NCBI GenBank assembly: GCA_965249595.1
Contig: OZ252242.1
Span: 1,168,569-1,232,568 of the forward strand
Direction of reading: 5' to 3'
DNA: 64,000 bases
Source of the DNA: Chloroflexota bacterium
GTDB lineage: Bacteria > Chloroflexota > UBA11872 > VXNJ01
Position numbers and translations under genes: made by a program. Below, in pieces: positions 49,320-62,420 of the stretch. Each line of letters starts with the position of its first letter. Within the stretch, counting starts at the first letter, position 1. The notes beneath the pieces are model-generated. The model saw only the letters and a list, made by a program, of their open reading frames with translations. It made no database searches and was not told where the DNA came from.

Positions 49320-50498
49320 ATGTCGACGAGCGCCCGCGCCGAGAATATCCGTCTCGCCGATTCGATGACTCGTTTAGGTACTGAGTCAGCTTTTGTTGTG
49401 TTGGCCCGGGCCAAAGCTCTCGAGGCCCAAGGGAAATCGATCATCCACCTCGAAATCGGCGAGCCTGATTTCGATACGCCAGCCAACATCGTCGAGGCCG
49501 GCGTGCGCGCGCTACGCGATGGGTACACCCACTACGGTCCGGCTCACGGGTTGCCGCAATTGCGCGAGGCGATAGCGGCCAACTCCTTTGAGCGGCGAGG
49601 AATTGAACATTCCCCCGAACAGGTGTTGGTGACGCCCGGTGCCAAACCGATCATGTTCTATGCCATCTTGGCCCTTTGCCAACCGGGCGATGAGGTGATC
49701 TACCCCAATCCGGGATTTCCGATTTACGAATCGATGATCAACTACATCGGTGCCCGTGCGGTGCCGATGCCCCTGTTGCCGGAAAACGATTTTCGGGTTG
49801 ACATAGACCGATTTGCGGCGGATTTGTCCGACAAGACTCGGCTGGTCATACTAAATTCCCCGGGCAACCCAACCGGCGGCGCCTTTACTCAATCAGATAT
49901 AGCGGCGATAGCCGAGTTGTTGGCCGGGCGTGACGTAGTGGTTCTCGCCGACGAGATATACAAAGACATTGTTTACGGGGAAGAACCATCGTCGATTTCG
50001 GCGATCGGCGACATGGCCGATCGCACGGTAATCCTTGACGGTTTCTCCAAGTCCTACGCGATGACCGGTTGGCGTTTGGGTTATGCACTTGGGCCCCAGC
50101 AGTTGATTGACACGATGGCGCAATTGCAAGTAAATGCCGTAAGTTGTACCGCCGGATTTGTGCAGATGGCCGGCATCGAGGCGTTAGAAGGCCCGCAGGA
50201 TGCACTCTATGAGATGGTCAATGAATTCCGGGCCCGACGCGAAGTCATAGTCGATGGGCTCAACGACATAGACGGGGTCGTCTGTCCGAACCCGGGCGGC
50301 GCCTTCTATGTGTTCCCGCAGTTTGACCAGCCGGCTGATGAATTGGCGCACCGCTTGCTGTATGAAGCGGGAGTTGCGGTCCTGCCCGGCTCGGCGTTCG
50401 GCAGCTATGGCTCAAAATGCATGCGCTTTTCATTTGCAAATTCACGGGCCAATATTCAATCCGCAATTGCCCAGGTCAAGGAATTGACGGAATCTTAA
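49320..50498 (+). CDS. Class I/II PLP-dependent aminotransferase (AspC family)
   Basis: LEIGEPDF, NSPGNPTGG and GFSKSYAMTGWRLGY (PLP Lys). Confidence 0.85.
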   Translation: MSTSARAENIRLADSMTRLGTESAFVVLARAKALEAQGKSIIHLEIGEPDFDTPANIVEAGVRALRDGYTHYGPAHGLPQLREAIAANSFERRGIEHSPEQVLVTPGAKPIMFYAILALCQPGDEVIYPNPGFPIYESMINYIGARAVPMPLLPENDFRVDIDRFAADLSDKTRLVILNSPGNPTGGAFTQSDIAAIAELLAGRDVVVLADEIYKDIVYGEEPSSISAIGDMADRTVILDGFSKSYAMTGWRLGYALGPQQLIDTMAQLQVNAVSCTAGFVQMAGIEALEGPQDALYEMVNEFRARREVIVDGLNDIDGVVCPNPGGAFYVFPQFDQPADELAHRLLYEAGVAVLPGSAFGSYGSKCMRFSFANSRANIQSAIAQVKELTES

Positions 50499-50856
50499 CG
50501 GCTCGACAACCACAATATCAACTAATTGACTATTGCCCTCAATCGCCCGCGGCGGCGCAGTCGCCGAATTGAAAGACGCTGTTCCGGTCAAATGGCTGCT
50601 GGTTGGTCGCAGGTCCCAATCCCGTAAACCGACGGTGGCTAAGTCGGCGATGCCCAATTTCACTTTCACTGTCTAGCCCACGGGGTGTTAGGCGGATGAA
50701 TTGGGCGTTCGGGTCCCGACTGATGCCCAGGCACATAATTCGGGCCCGGAACTTCAGTAAAGTCCAATCGCTTCAAATTGACATATGACCTGATAAGTCA
50801 AGGTTGGGTCCGCGGTTACCTTCCCGCCATTTACGAGACCGCACCATCGCCGAGTT

Positions 50857-50893
50857 GATTGGATCCAATCGATCCAGCAATTCGATTGAATTG
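50857..50893. promoter_or_regulatory. Pair of palindromic candidate operator sites in an AT-richer spacer
   Basis: gattggatccaatc (50857-50870) is a perfect 14-bp palindrome. caattc-gatt-gaattg (50878-50893) is a 6-bp inverted repeat with a 4-nt spacer. Both lie 30-65 bp upstream of the ATG at 50923. Confidence 0.35.
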
Positions 50894-50922
50894 CAGAACA
50901 TTCTTGAGAATCGCTCAGAACA

Positions 50923-51078
50923 ATGATGAAAAACGTTCGCCCGCGGCGATCCGTACTGCAGGCATCGGCCGCAGCGGTTGCGGCGGCGGCGGTTGGCACT
51001 GGGACTGCCACTGAGGTCCAGGCGTCGGCGCTCGACGCATCTGGCACGTGGGGGCAACTGGGGCGGGACTCTATTTAG
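50923..51078 (+). CDS. Small ORF with a twin-arginine (Tat) signal peptide; possibly the 5' part of a frameshifted secreted-protein gene
   Basis: Manual translation gives MMKNVRPRRSVLQASAAAVAAAAVGTGTATEVQASALDASGTWGQLGRDSI*, with an RRSVLQ Tat motif, a hydrophobic h-region and a VQA|SA cleavage site. Downstream ORFs in the other two frames (51048..51248, 50978..51403) continue as one run. Confidence 0.25.
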   Translation: MMKNVRPRRSVLQASAAAVAAAAVGTGTATEVQASALDASGTWGQLGRDSI

Positions 51079-51441
51079 CCCAACGGCTTGGCCAACAAGG
51101 CAGGGCGACATGGTATGCGGCAAATTGGGACGTATTGATATCGCCAACCGCCGCCAGTGGGGCGATCGGGCCGCCGACTATAGCGGCCATCCGTCGAATT
51201 GGTACGCTGCAGTCAGTGATAGATCTTGGATTGGATCGCAGATGGTAGTTGTAAATTCGAGTACTTGGCGGTATGTATTGGCCGGCGTAGTCGAAGTTTC
51301 AACCGCGGCCGGCCTGTTAGTCAATTTATCGCCGGCCGCGTTTGAGGAACTGGGAGCACCCCGCTGGCAAGGCGTTCATACCGTTTGGGCGTTCCGGATC
51401 TAACGAGCAATGGGACACGCCCTTTAAAATTTCTGCTTGCC

Positions 51442-51518
51442 GGGCCACTAGCTCAGTCGGTTAGAGCGCGCCTCTGATAAGGGCGAGGTCATTGGTTCGA
51501 TTCCAATGTGGCCCACCA
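51442..51518 (+). tRNA. tRNA-Ile (anticodon GAU), CCA encoded
   Basis: gggccac-ua-gcucagucgguuagagc-g-cgccu-cuGAUaa-gggcg-aggucauugguucgauuccaau-guggccc-acca is a canonical cloverleaf. Confidence 0.9.
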
Positions 51519-52243
51519 GCGAGAACTAAATTGCGAACGCGCACGCCCAAGGCCACCTCGGCGTTATCGGTGATCGCGATAGGTGGCTGACCTCCGACGC
51601 GGGTACCGTGTAGCGAATGACGGTCCGACCGGGCTCGACCAGCACCTAGACGGCGAAATAGCGGACAAAGGCCCGGGTCTCGGAGATCTTGCTAGTCCTT
51701 TGGAACTCGCTCATGTCCGGGCGAAGCTAGCAATGGTGTAGGTGCCGTCCCGCAGCACGCGGCGCTCCGCCATCGCCTCTTCGGCAGCGAATTCCAGTTA
51801 CGGGCGCCGATCGCGCTGGTTCTTGATGCGGTCGCAGGTTTCGGCTTGCGCGAGGATGACGCTCCCGGCGAATAGCGAGATTCGTTCCAGTTTCCGATTG
51901 AACTCAGCCAGCACCCATTACTACCTACTCGAATGGCCCCAGCTTCTAGTTAATGGCTAGTTAGACGGCGCAAGAGCAAATTTCGTCTTATCCTCCCAGC
52001 CGCCCAACCACTTCCATCAATTCGTTTAACAAGATACCGCGCATTATCAATGCTTGGCCACGCTGGGTTGCCTTGCGTACAGGAACTCAGTTGCGTGCGG
52101 ACTTCGTAACCTCGCGGGGGATTCAGCTTGCACTGCATTGACAACACGCTGGGGCATTCTGATTTCCGCAGCGTGTTCCGCGCCGGTTATTTCGCGAGGC
52201 GATGATCGATGCGCTTCGGGCGGGGAGATCCAGTTACTTGCTG

Positions 52244-52900
52244 CTAGCCCGCCTGCATGACACCGACGGGGCAACTGATGCCAGTGCCGCCGACGCCACA
52301 GTAGCCGTTGGGGTTTTTCGCAAGGTACTGCTGGTGGTAATGTTCAGCGTAGTAGAAGTCGGGCGCGCCGAGGATTTCGGTTGTGATCGGACCGTAATGG
52401 GCCGCGGACAGCACCTGCTGATAGTGGGCTCGGCTCAGTTCGGCGGCCTCGCGCTGCATCTCGCCGTAAACATAGATGCCGGAGCGGTACTGCGTCCCGA
52501 TGTCGTTACCCTGACGCATGCCCTGCGTCGGGTCGTGGCCCTCCCAAAATGCGCGGAGTAGCGCCTCGTAGCTGATCCGCGAGTGGTCGAATACTACGAG
52601 CACAACCTCATTGTGTCCGGTGCGGCCGCTACAGACCTCGTCGTAGGTTGGATTTGGCGTTACCCCTGACGCGTAACCGACGGCGGTGGTATAGACGTCC
52701 GGGAGTTGCCAGAAGATTCGCTCTGCGCCCCAGAAGCAGCCCATCCCGAAGAGCGCCCTCTCCAAGCCGTCGCGGAAGGGCTCACCGAGCGGCCTGCCGT
52801 TGACGTAGTGCTGCGGCGGAATGTACACGCCCTCGGAGCGGCCAGACGGGGCGTCCTTCGCGGTCGGGAGTTCGAGCTTCTTGGTAGAGAACCAAGACAT
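52244..52900 (-). CDS. msrA: Peptide methionine sulfoxide reductase MsrA
   Basis: GMGCFWGAE catalytic-Cys motif, and the C-terminal ...[12 protein letters not shown]. Confidence 0.85.
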   Translation of the reverse strand: MSWFSTKKLELPTAKDAPSGRSEGVYIPPQHYVNGRPLGEPFRDGLERALFGMGCFWGAERIFWQLPDVYTTAVGYASGVTPNPTYDEVCSGRTGHNEVVLVVFDHSRISYEALLRAFWEGHDPTQGMRQGNDIGTQYRSGIYVYGEMQREAAELSRAHYQQVLSAAHYGPITTEILGAPDFYYAEHYHQQYLAKNPNGYCGVGGTGISCPVGVMQAG

Positions 52901-53449
52901 TGTTGTGCCTCTCGATGCGTGCGTACGTGCGGTGCGGTTCGCGGCCGGAAGTTATCCGAATGCGGGACCCGCTGCTCCGTCGGACGATGATACGCATTCT
53001 GCGGATGGCTAAATATTTCAGGTGTTTCCGCCGGACAGTGCGACTCGGGCATGACGGTTCGGCCAAAGGTAAGGACCATAAAAATCGACGTTTGTGTGGT
53101 ACGCATTGGCCGAGAAGGCGCAAGGTTTGGTACCCTGCTGCAGGTGGCGATTACGCCCAGTGGGCTCCCCAATGCGCAAGACATGCAGCGCCCACGCGCG
53201 ATCCAAAACGTTCTGTATGGCCTTTTGGCCGAGGGCCAACCTGTCCGCCGGATAGGCTAAGTTCATCGGCGGCTAACCAGAACCGGACTGTTAAGCCAGC
53301 TGGGCTCATTTGTTGGCTAGTAACGCAGGAGTAACCGATGTCGGTGCGGGGTGAGGAATTTGGGTCGGGAGTTGACGAGTCGTCTTCGCTCAGATTGCCA
53401 TGTTTCTTAAGAAGTTCAAAAAATTTCACGGGCGAGCGGTAACGGCAGG

Positions 53450-54535
53450 ATGAATCTAGGGCTGTTCATAATGCCGGTCCACCCGCCGGAAAAGCCGCGG
53501 GCGGTTGGATTCGCCGAAGATTTGGAGCTCATCTGTCGAGCCGACGCCTTGGGATTCAGCGAAGCCTGGGTGGGCGAGCACATGACCTCGCTGTGGGAGA
53601 CGATATCGGCGCCCGATCTATTCCTGGCCAACGCCTTCCCGCAAACTCGCGACATCCGCCTTGGAACTGGTGTCTATTTGCCAGCCTTGCACCACCCGGC
53701 TGATCTTGCAACGCGCGCCGCAATGCTGGACCATCTCTCCGGCGGCCGATTCAATTTGGGATTGGGGACCGGATCCATTCCGTCCGATCGCCCTTTTCTC
53801 GGCCTTGCCGGCGATAGGCAGTCGACCCAGGAACGATTCGACGAAGGCCTCGAAGTGATCTTGGCGCTGTTTGAGGTAGATCCGCCTTGGCGTTACGAAG
53901 GTAAGCACTGGCAGGTTTATTTGGGCGAGGACAAACAGCAGCGCGATTTACAAATGGGCTATCCGCTGCGGCCGTTCACCAAACCACATCCACCGATCGG
54001 GATTCCGGGTTATACGCCAAATTCCGGGTCATTGGTCATGGCCGGTCAACGCGGTTACTGGCCCCTGTCAACCAATCTGGCCGCCAACTGGATTATTGGA
54101 ACCCACTGGGATGCCTATCGCCGCGGATTAGCCGATGCCGGCCGACCGGCCGACCCCGAACCGTGGCGAGTGGCCCGCGAAGTTTTTGTGGCCGACAGTG
54201 ACGCGGAAGCGCTCGAATATGCGATCAACGGCCCGATGGGCCAAGCTTTTGAGCGTTTTATGCTCCCGATATTGGCGATCAACGCGCCCGGTGGGGTAGG
54301 AACGTTCAAGGATGACCCTGAAATGGCTGACTCCGACGTAACTCTTGAATACCTAGCCCACAAGGTATGGCTGGTGGGCAGCCCGGCAACCGTAGCCGAC
54401 AAGATAAACGACCTTCGTGGGAAGCATGGCCGGTTTGGCACCCTGCTGGTCATGGGCCACGATTGGGCCGATCATGATCGGGCGATCCACAGCCTCGAAT
54501 TGCTCGCGCGCGAAGTGCAGCCAGCGGTATTGTGA
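53450..54535 (+). CDS. LLM-class (luciferase-like) flavin/F420-dependent oxidoreductase
   Basis: TIM-barrel LLM pattern: GFSEAWVGEH, LGTGVYLP, FNLGLGTG. The start is likely internal to the ORF-track extent. Confidence 0.8.
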   Translation: MNLGLFIMPVHPPEKPRAVGFAEDLELICRADALGFSEAWVGEHMTSLWETISAPDLFLANAFPQTRDIRLGTGVYLPALHHPADLATRAAMLDHLSGGRFNLGLGTGSIPSDRPFLGLAGDRQSTQERFDEGLEVILALFEVDPPWRYEGKHWQVYLGEDKQQRDLQMGYPLRPFTKPHPPIGIPGYTPNSGSLVMAGQRGYWPLSTNLAANWIIGTHWDAYRRGLADAGRPADPEPWRVAREVFVADSDAEALEYAINGPMGQAFERFMLPILAINAPGGVGTFKDDPEMADSDVTLEYLAHKVWLVGSPATVADKINDLRGKHGRFGTLLVMGHDWADHDRAIHSLELLAREVQPAVL

Positions 54536-54608
54536 CCGCGAACGGATACAAATTTTGCCTCCCCGCCGGGTCCGGATTGGGAACGGCGGGACGGATCGGG
54601 CGATCCGA

Positions 54609-55628
54609 ATGACGAACGGCGGCAGATTAATCGGCAATCTATTGGATTCGGCCGCCGGCTGCCTGCGTTGGGCTGAAGATCTGTTGGCCGGTGATGGGAG
54701 TTTCGTCGGGGCCGAAGATTCGCTGGGCCCGTATTATCTGGGCGGCCTGGCCTACACGTCGCTCGGTCGACCGGATGTTAGCGCTCGAATAATCACTTAT
54801 GCGCGGGATCGATTTCTCGTCAATGGCGATATCAATGATGTGGCCGGACAATTCGACTCGCCAGTCGCTAACTTCCGCAATTCATTCTTTTGCCTGAGTG
54901 CGCAGCGATCGGGATTCTATGGCGTGGCCGGCGCGATCGCCGACCGATTGCAACGTGGTGCCCACCCTGCAACCGGTGGCATTCCAGACAACGACGACGG
55001 TGCGCGGGTGATTGAGATGGGAACGACTGCGGCGGCGATTGTGGCCTTGCTGGCGGCTGGGCGCCAGGATGCGGCGACGAAGGCCGGAGATTTCCTGGCC
55101 GACTCGCTGGTGGCCGGGCAACCCGATCTGGATGGCCGCGTTCTATTGCGAAAAAACTGGGATGGTGAGTGGATCGACAAATTTCCCGCCGCCGATTCAG
55201 CCCGCTATCAAATCTTGCTGGGCGTACCGGGACAGATTTACTGGTTCTTTGGCATTTCGATGGCCGCCTTGGGGCAGCTGTACTCTGTAACCGGCAAGAA
55301 GTCCCACCTGGAAGCCGCCACGACGGTTTTCGAGTGGGCCAAACAATGCCAGCCGGGGTCCTTCGCCGACCTGACTGCGGCCAAGGTTGGATGGGGAGCC
55401 TCGGTGCTCTATGCGGTCACCGGTGGCGAGCGTTTTGCAAAAGCCGCCAGCCAAGTCGGCGCGATGCTGGTGGAAACTCGCGATCCCGGTGGCTACTGGC
55501 TGCGCCGTCCAATGGTGGTCCGATTGGAAGACCAGGATGTCGCAACTACGCTCGATACGAGCCTTGAACGTGTTTGCTGGCTGTCGGAAATTGCGCGCAA
55601 TCTGGCTGCCGGCGCGGCGGCCAATTAA
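54609..55628 (+). CDS. Hypothetical protein, possibly an (alpha/alpha)6-barrel (AGE/glycosidase-like) protein
   Basis: The ATG at 54609 (MTNGGRLIGNLL...) lies just after the LLM stop. The upstream part of ORF 54417.. overlaps the LLM gene in another frame. The body is a repetitive helical pattern rich in aromatic and Gly residues. No catalytic motif is recognised. Confidence 0.45.
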   Translation: MTNGGRLIGNLLDSAAGCLRWAEDLLAGDGSFVGAEDSLGPYYLGGLAYTSLGRPDVSARIITYARDRFLVNGDINDVAGQFDSPVANFRNSFFCLSAQRSGFYGVAGAIADRLQRGAHPATGGIPDNDDGARVIEMGTTAAAIVALLAAGRQDAATKAGDFLADSLVAGQPDLDGRVLLRKNWDGEWIDKFPAADSARYQILLGVPGQIYWFFGISMAALGQLYSVTGKKSHLEAATTVFEWAKQCQPGSFADLTAAKVGWGASVLYAVTGGERFAKAASQVGAMLVETRDPGGYWLRRPMVVRLEDQDVATTLDTSLERVCWLSEIARNLAAGAAAN

Positions 55629-55631
55629 TCG

Positions 55632-56774
55632 ATGGGCACGCGAGTTGGAATCGGCATCATCGGCGTTGGCGCCGCCGGAATTCGGCACGCTCGGGCCTGT
55701 TTGCAAATCCCGATATGGTTCGCCGATTCAACGGTTGATCCGGTGCCAGTCGTCTGCGCCGACGCCTGCGGCCCACTGGCTGAGCGGGTGGCCGGCCAGC
55801 TCGGATTTGAACGTTGGACCGATGATTGGCGCAGCGTGATCAATGATCCGCGGGTGGATGCCGTCGCGATTGCAACACCCAATAGGACGCATGTCGAAAT
55901 CGTTTCGGCCGCCGCGGCCGCCGGCAAGGCGATCTTGTGCGAAAAACCGGTCGGCGCCGAGCCCGCCGAAACCGCCGCCGTTGCGCGCGTGATTCGCGAT
56001 ACGGGCGCCGTGTTTATGACCGGATATAACTATCGTTGCGTTCCGGTTTTGGATCACCTGCACAAGGTTATCCGGCGCGGTGACTTGGGTGAACTCACCC
56101 ACTACCGCGGCCGCTACTTCACCGGCGAACGAATAGGCAAACCGTTCCCGTACGCCTGGCGCCACCGCCAGGCCGAATCGGGATTTGGTGCCCTGTCCGA
56201 CTTAATGTCGCACACGATCGATATGGCCCATTTCCTATTTGGCCCGATCGCCGAAACAGTGGCCAACCGCGAGACCTTCGTGGGCGAGCGGCTATTGGAT
56301 GGAGAGGGCAGTGAAGACGGGGCGATGGGCGTAGTGGAGAACGAAGATTACGTCGGTGCGCTAGTGAGATTTGACAATGGCGCTCACGGCACCCTTGAGG
56401 TCTGCCGGGTGATCAAAGGGCCGACCAACGAGTTGTCGTTCGAGCTCAATGGCAGCGAGGGGTCGGCGAAGTGGTCATTGGAGCGCATGCACGAACTCTG
56501 GCTGTACCAACGCTCCGAACTCGGTGAAGGATACGGACAGGTTTATTCGCAGCCAAGTTATGGCCAGCACGGGGCTTTTAATCCTGGCGCGGGCATCGGA
56601 CCCGGATTGATGGACCTCAAGGTCATTGAATTTCACAATTTTTTGCAGGCGGCAACTGGCCACAAACAAACAACCCCGGGGATCGCCGAGGCCTTGGCTG
56701 TTGCCGGCGTGCAGGATGCGATAGCCCGATCCTGGCAGTCGAGTGCTTGGGAAAGAGTGCGCCCGTTGGCGTAG
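55632..56774 (+). CDS. Gfo/Idh/MocA-family NAD(P)-dependent oxidoreductase
   Basis: N-terminal Rossmann GIGIIGVGAAGIRHA, the EKP motif (LCEKPVG), and a C-terminal alpha/beta dimerisation domain. Confidence 0.85.
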   Translation: MGTRVGIGIIGVGAAGIRHARACLQIPIWFADSTVDPVPVVCADACGPLAERVAGQLGFERWTDDWRSVINDPRVDAVAIATPNRTHVEIVSAAAAAGKAILCEKPVGAEPAETAAVARVIRDTGAVFMTGYNYRCVPVLDHLHKVIRRGDLGELTHYRGRYFTGERIGKPFPYAWRHRQAESGFGALSDLMSHTIDMAHFLFGPIAETVANRETFVGERLLDGEGSEDGAMGVVENEDYVGALVRFDNGAHGTLEVCRVIKGPTNELSFELNGSEGSAKWSLERMHELWLYQRSELGEGYGQVYSQPSYGQHGAFNPGAGIGPGLMDLKVIEFHNFLQAATGHKQTTPGIAEALAVAGVQDAIARSWQSSAWERVRPLA

Positions 56775-56852
56775 CCGGCTCCCTTTGGCCGCCGAGGCGA
56801 AAATTACTCGGCCGCCCAATGGACCAACAGATTTGTGTATCGGGCCGGGCGC

Positions 56853-56925
56853 GGGGATGTAGCTCAGCTGGAAGAGCGCTGCCTTTGCAAGGCAGAGGTC
56901 AGGGGTTCGAGCCCCCTCATCTCCA
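56853..56925 (+). tRNA. tRNA-Ala (anticodon UGC)
   Basis: ggggaug-ua-gcucagcuggaagagc-g-cugcc-uuUGCaa-ggcag-aggucagggguucgagcccccu-caucucc-a. The G3:U70 identity pair is present. CCA is not encoded (followed by ccc). Confidence 0.9.
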
Positions 56926-56974
56926 CCCACCAACAGCTTTCTTCGATTGAACAGTCAATGAACGCCGGCGCCAG

Positions 56975-57355
56975 ATGAACGAGATTCGCATGGGCGTCGC
57001 CGTGGTCATATCACTCATGACAGTGTTCGCAGTTTCTTTTGCGGGCACAGCGCTCGGCGGCGGGCCGGAGATCGGTTTGGCGCAGGCAGCCTGGGTTGCC
57101 GGATTCAATCCGGTTGGGAGCTTGTTGCTGGCAACGGCCGCTTGGTCGGCAAAAATGGGCAGGCTAAATGGCCGTCTGTTGGATTTTGGGATTGGCATCG
57201 GCGCGGTGTCGGTGTTGATGGCGATTTGGTTTTCAAATCAGATCGCTAGTGGCCAGATGCCCGGGACGCCAGACGTGCCGATCTTGATTTCAGGGGCCTG
57301 CGTGATTGGGGTCATTTGGGGAATCTTCGAAAAGGTCAGCGCTATTCGCGCTTGA
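56975..57355 (+). CDS. Hypothetical small membrane protein
   Basis: 126 aa with four predicted TM helices. No motifs. Confidence 0.4.
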   Translation: MNEIRMGVAVVISLMTVFAVSFAGTALGGGPEIGLAQAAWVAGFNPVGSLLLATAAWSAKMGRLNGRLLDFGIGIGAVSVLMAIWFSNQIASGQMPGTPDVPILISGACVIGVIWGIFEKVSAIRA

Positions 57356-57719
57356 TCTGGCTTCCTACGTTAGAACCGATCCCTCTTTTAGAACTTGTAT
57401 CGCCGTGGGCGGTCACCTAGTTTGGCCGGCTTGCCAGCATCGCGATTGAGCATTGCCGAACACCGTTGGGCCCTCTCGCGCACCGCCAACCAAATCGAAT
57501 ACGGTTTTGCCCGTAACTGAGTCTCAAACGGGCCGTAGGTCCAACCTGGTAGCGGTTGGAATCCGTCCAGATCCTGGCGGGTTATTGGCGCCGCGCCGTC
57601 TGCGCTGCAAGATTGCGGCGCGGAATAATTGCCGGGTCCTGCCGCCGGGTCGGTAACGGCGCCCCCGGCGTTAGCAATTTAGCGATGTCATCAATGGTCA
57701 AAATGTCTCGTGCATAAAG

Positions 57720-58745
57720 ATGAGCAGCGAGAAGTCGTGGCCGATGACGAATTCAAGCCCAAAGATCAAGCTGATCATCGATACCGACTGTGGTGTTGAT
57801 GATGCGGTGGCTCTTTGGTATGCGTTGACCTGCCCGATCTTCGAAGTCGAACTAATCACCTGCGTCCACGGCAACGTCGGCCATGACTTAGTGGCGCGAA
57901 ATGTCGCCCGGGTCCTGGGGGCGGCCGGACGCACCGACATCCCAGTTGCGTTGGGCGCCTCGGATGCCTTGGCGGGCTCGCCGGTTGTCGGAAGGGCCGC
58001 TTCCGTCCACGGAAACGACGGCCTGGGTGACGCCGATTTGATGGACTACACGATTGAATTCGATGACTTGTCGGCCGACCAGGCGATAGTTGATCGAGCC
58101 CGCCGCATGCCAGGGCAATTGACGTTAGCGGCGCTAGGTCCGGCGACCAACGTGGCGCGGGCGCTGCGTCTTGAGCCGGAGCTACCGAACTTGCTTGGCG
58201 AATTGATCGCCATGGGCGGAACTTTCAATCTCCCCGGCAATATTTCACCGGTCGCCAGCTTCAACACTGCCGGAGACCCCTTGGCGGCCAAAGAAATGGT
58301 GAACGCGGCCTGGCCGCAACCACCGCGGCTGCTCACTTATGACGTGATGCGAGTGACAACTTTGTCCAGCGTGGAACTGGAGACGTTGAAAGCAAGTCAA
58401 TCACCATCGGCGCGATTTTTAGCCCGCCCTATGGCCTACTATCACTTCGCTACCGCGGGCGCTAACGCGGGTGGAAGGATGGTCTGCCCGGACTTATTAA
58501 CGCTTGTCTGGCTGACCGATCCCGACGCTGTCAATTCGAATGTTTATTCGATGGACGTCGATGTGGGGCGTGACGCGGCGTGGGGGATGACGGTTGTAGA
58601 CCGGCGCGAACCGTCCTTAATAGCGGTGACGGAACAGAGTCGCCACGTCGACCCCGCCGTAACCCCGACCGCCCGCTGGGAGATTTCCGAGTCGGCCGAC
58701 GAAGCCCCGTTTAGAGCCGCATTTCGCCATTTGCTCGGCACCTAG
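57720..58745 (+). CDS. Inosine-uridine-preferring nucleoside hydrolase family protein
   Basis: IKLIIDTDCGVDDAVAL (DxDxxxDD Ca-binding motif). The start may be M9 at 57744. Confidence 0.85.
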   Translation: MSSEKSWPMTNSSPKIKLIIDTDCGVDDAVALWYALTCPIFEVELITCVHGNVGHDLVARNVARVLGAAGRTDIPVALGASDALAGSPVVGRAASVHGNDGLGDADLMDYTIEFDDLSADQAIVDRARRMPGQLTLAALGPATNVARALRLEPELPNLLGELIAMGGTFNLPGNISPVASFNTAGDPLAAKEMVNAAWPQPPRLLTYDVMRVTTLSSVELETLKASQSPSARFLARPMAYYHFATAGANAGGRMVCPDLLTLVWLTDPDAVNSNVYSMDVDVGRDAAWGMTVVDRREPSLIAVTEQSRHVDPAVTPTARWEISESADEAPFRAAFRHLLGT

Positions 58746-58939
58746 GTGGTGGTTGCTTCAACCGTCCGGATTTTGGCGTGGATATTGGCGTCTGGGTCGA
58801 TTACAATCAACGGCTAACTTCGACACGAATTTGCCGTGGTGCGCAATTTGTGCACCTGCGTCGCTTCGCGTAGGAGGCACCTTCGACAAGTCAATATGTG
58901 CAAAACTTCAGTTTTGCCGACCCGAGGAATCTAAAACGA

Positions 58940-62024
<3,085 letters not shown>

Positions 62025-62091
62025 CCGAGTCTTCGGGACGGCAATACTGGAGTTTTTGCACAAATATTTACTTGCGATTAATTTGCAAGAA

Positions 62092-62212
62092 TCCCCCGGT
62101 GACCAAGCGGAGGGGCCCCACCCGTTCTCATTCCGAACACGGAAGTTAAGCCCTCCAGCGCCGACAATACTTAACGGGCAACTGTTCGGGAAGATAGGTC
62201 GTCGCCGGGGGT
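62092..62212 (+). rRNA. rrf: 5S ribosomal RNA
   Basis: Helix I is cccccggugac...gucgccggggg, and the internal loop C/E blocks are ccacccguucucauuccgaacacggaaguuaagc. A T-run (ttctttt) follows. Confidence 0.85.
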
Positions 62213-62420
62213 TCTTTTCATAGTGAAAATGCGACCCGCCTGCGGAAGCCTTGCATTCACATTGACCGTCCAAAAGATCGGCAAAGTGCTCGCCTCCGAT
62301 CGCGGGTTTTTGCCGTCTAGAGTCAATCTTTTAAACGTTGGCTCCATCGCGCTATTCTGGTCGGTACTATTGCCTTTTCGAGCTGCCTGCAGCTCGATGG
62401 GCCAATTGACCGCTAAAAAA

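Noticed and set aside
52901-53449. ORFs in the 550-bp divergent msrA/LLM intergenic region (52900..53334+, 53018..53266-, 53051..53260+)
   Set aside because: They are mutually overlapping, lack motifs and have odd composition (Arg/Cys-rich). More likely it is a promoter-containing spacer.
58746-58939. Possible 16S rRNA or 16S fragment upstream of the 23S
   Set aside because: Only about 200 bp separate the nucleoside hydrolase stop from the 23S 5' end. No 16S-like sequence (for example an anti-SD ...cacctcctt 3' end) is present. 16S is genuinely absent from this window.
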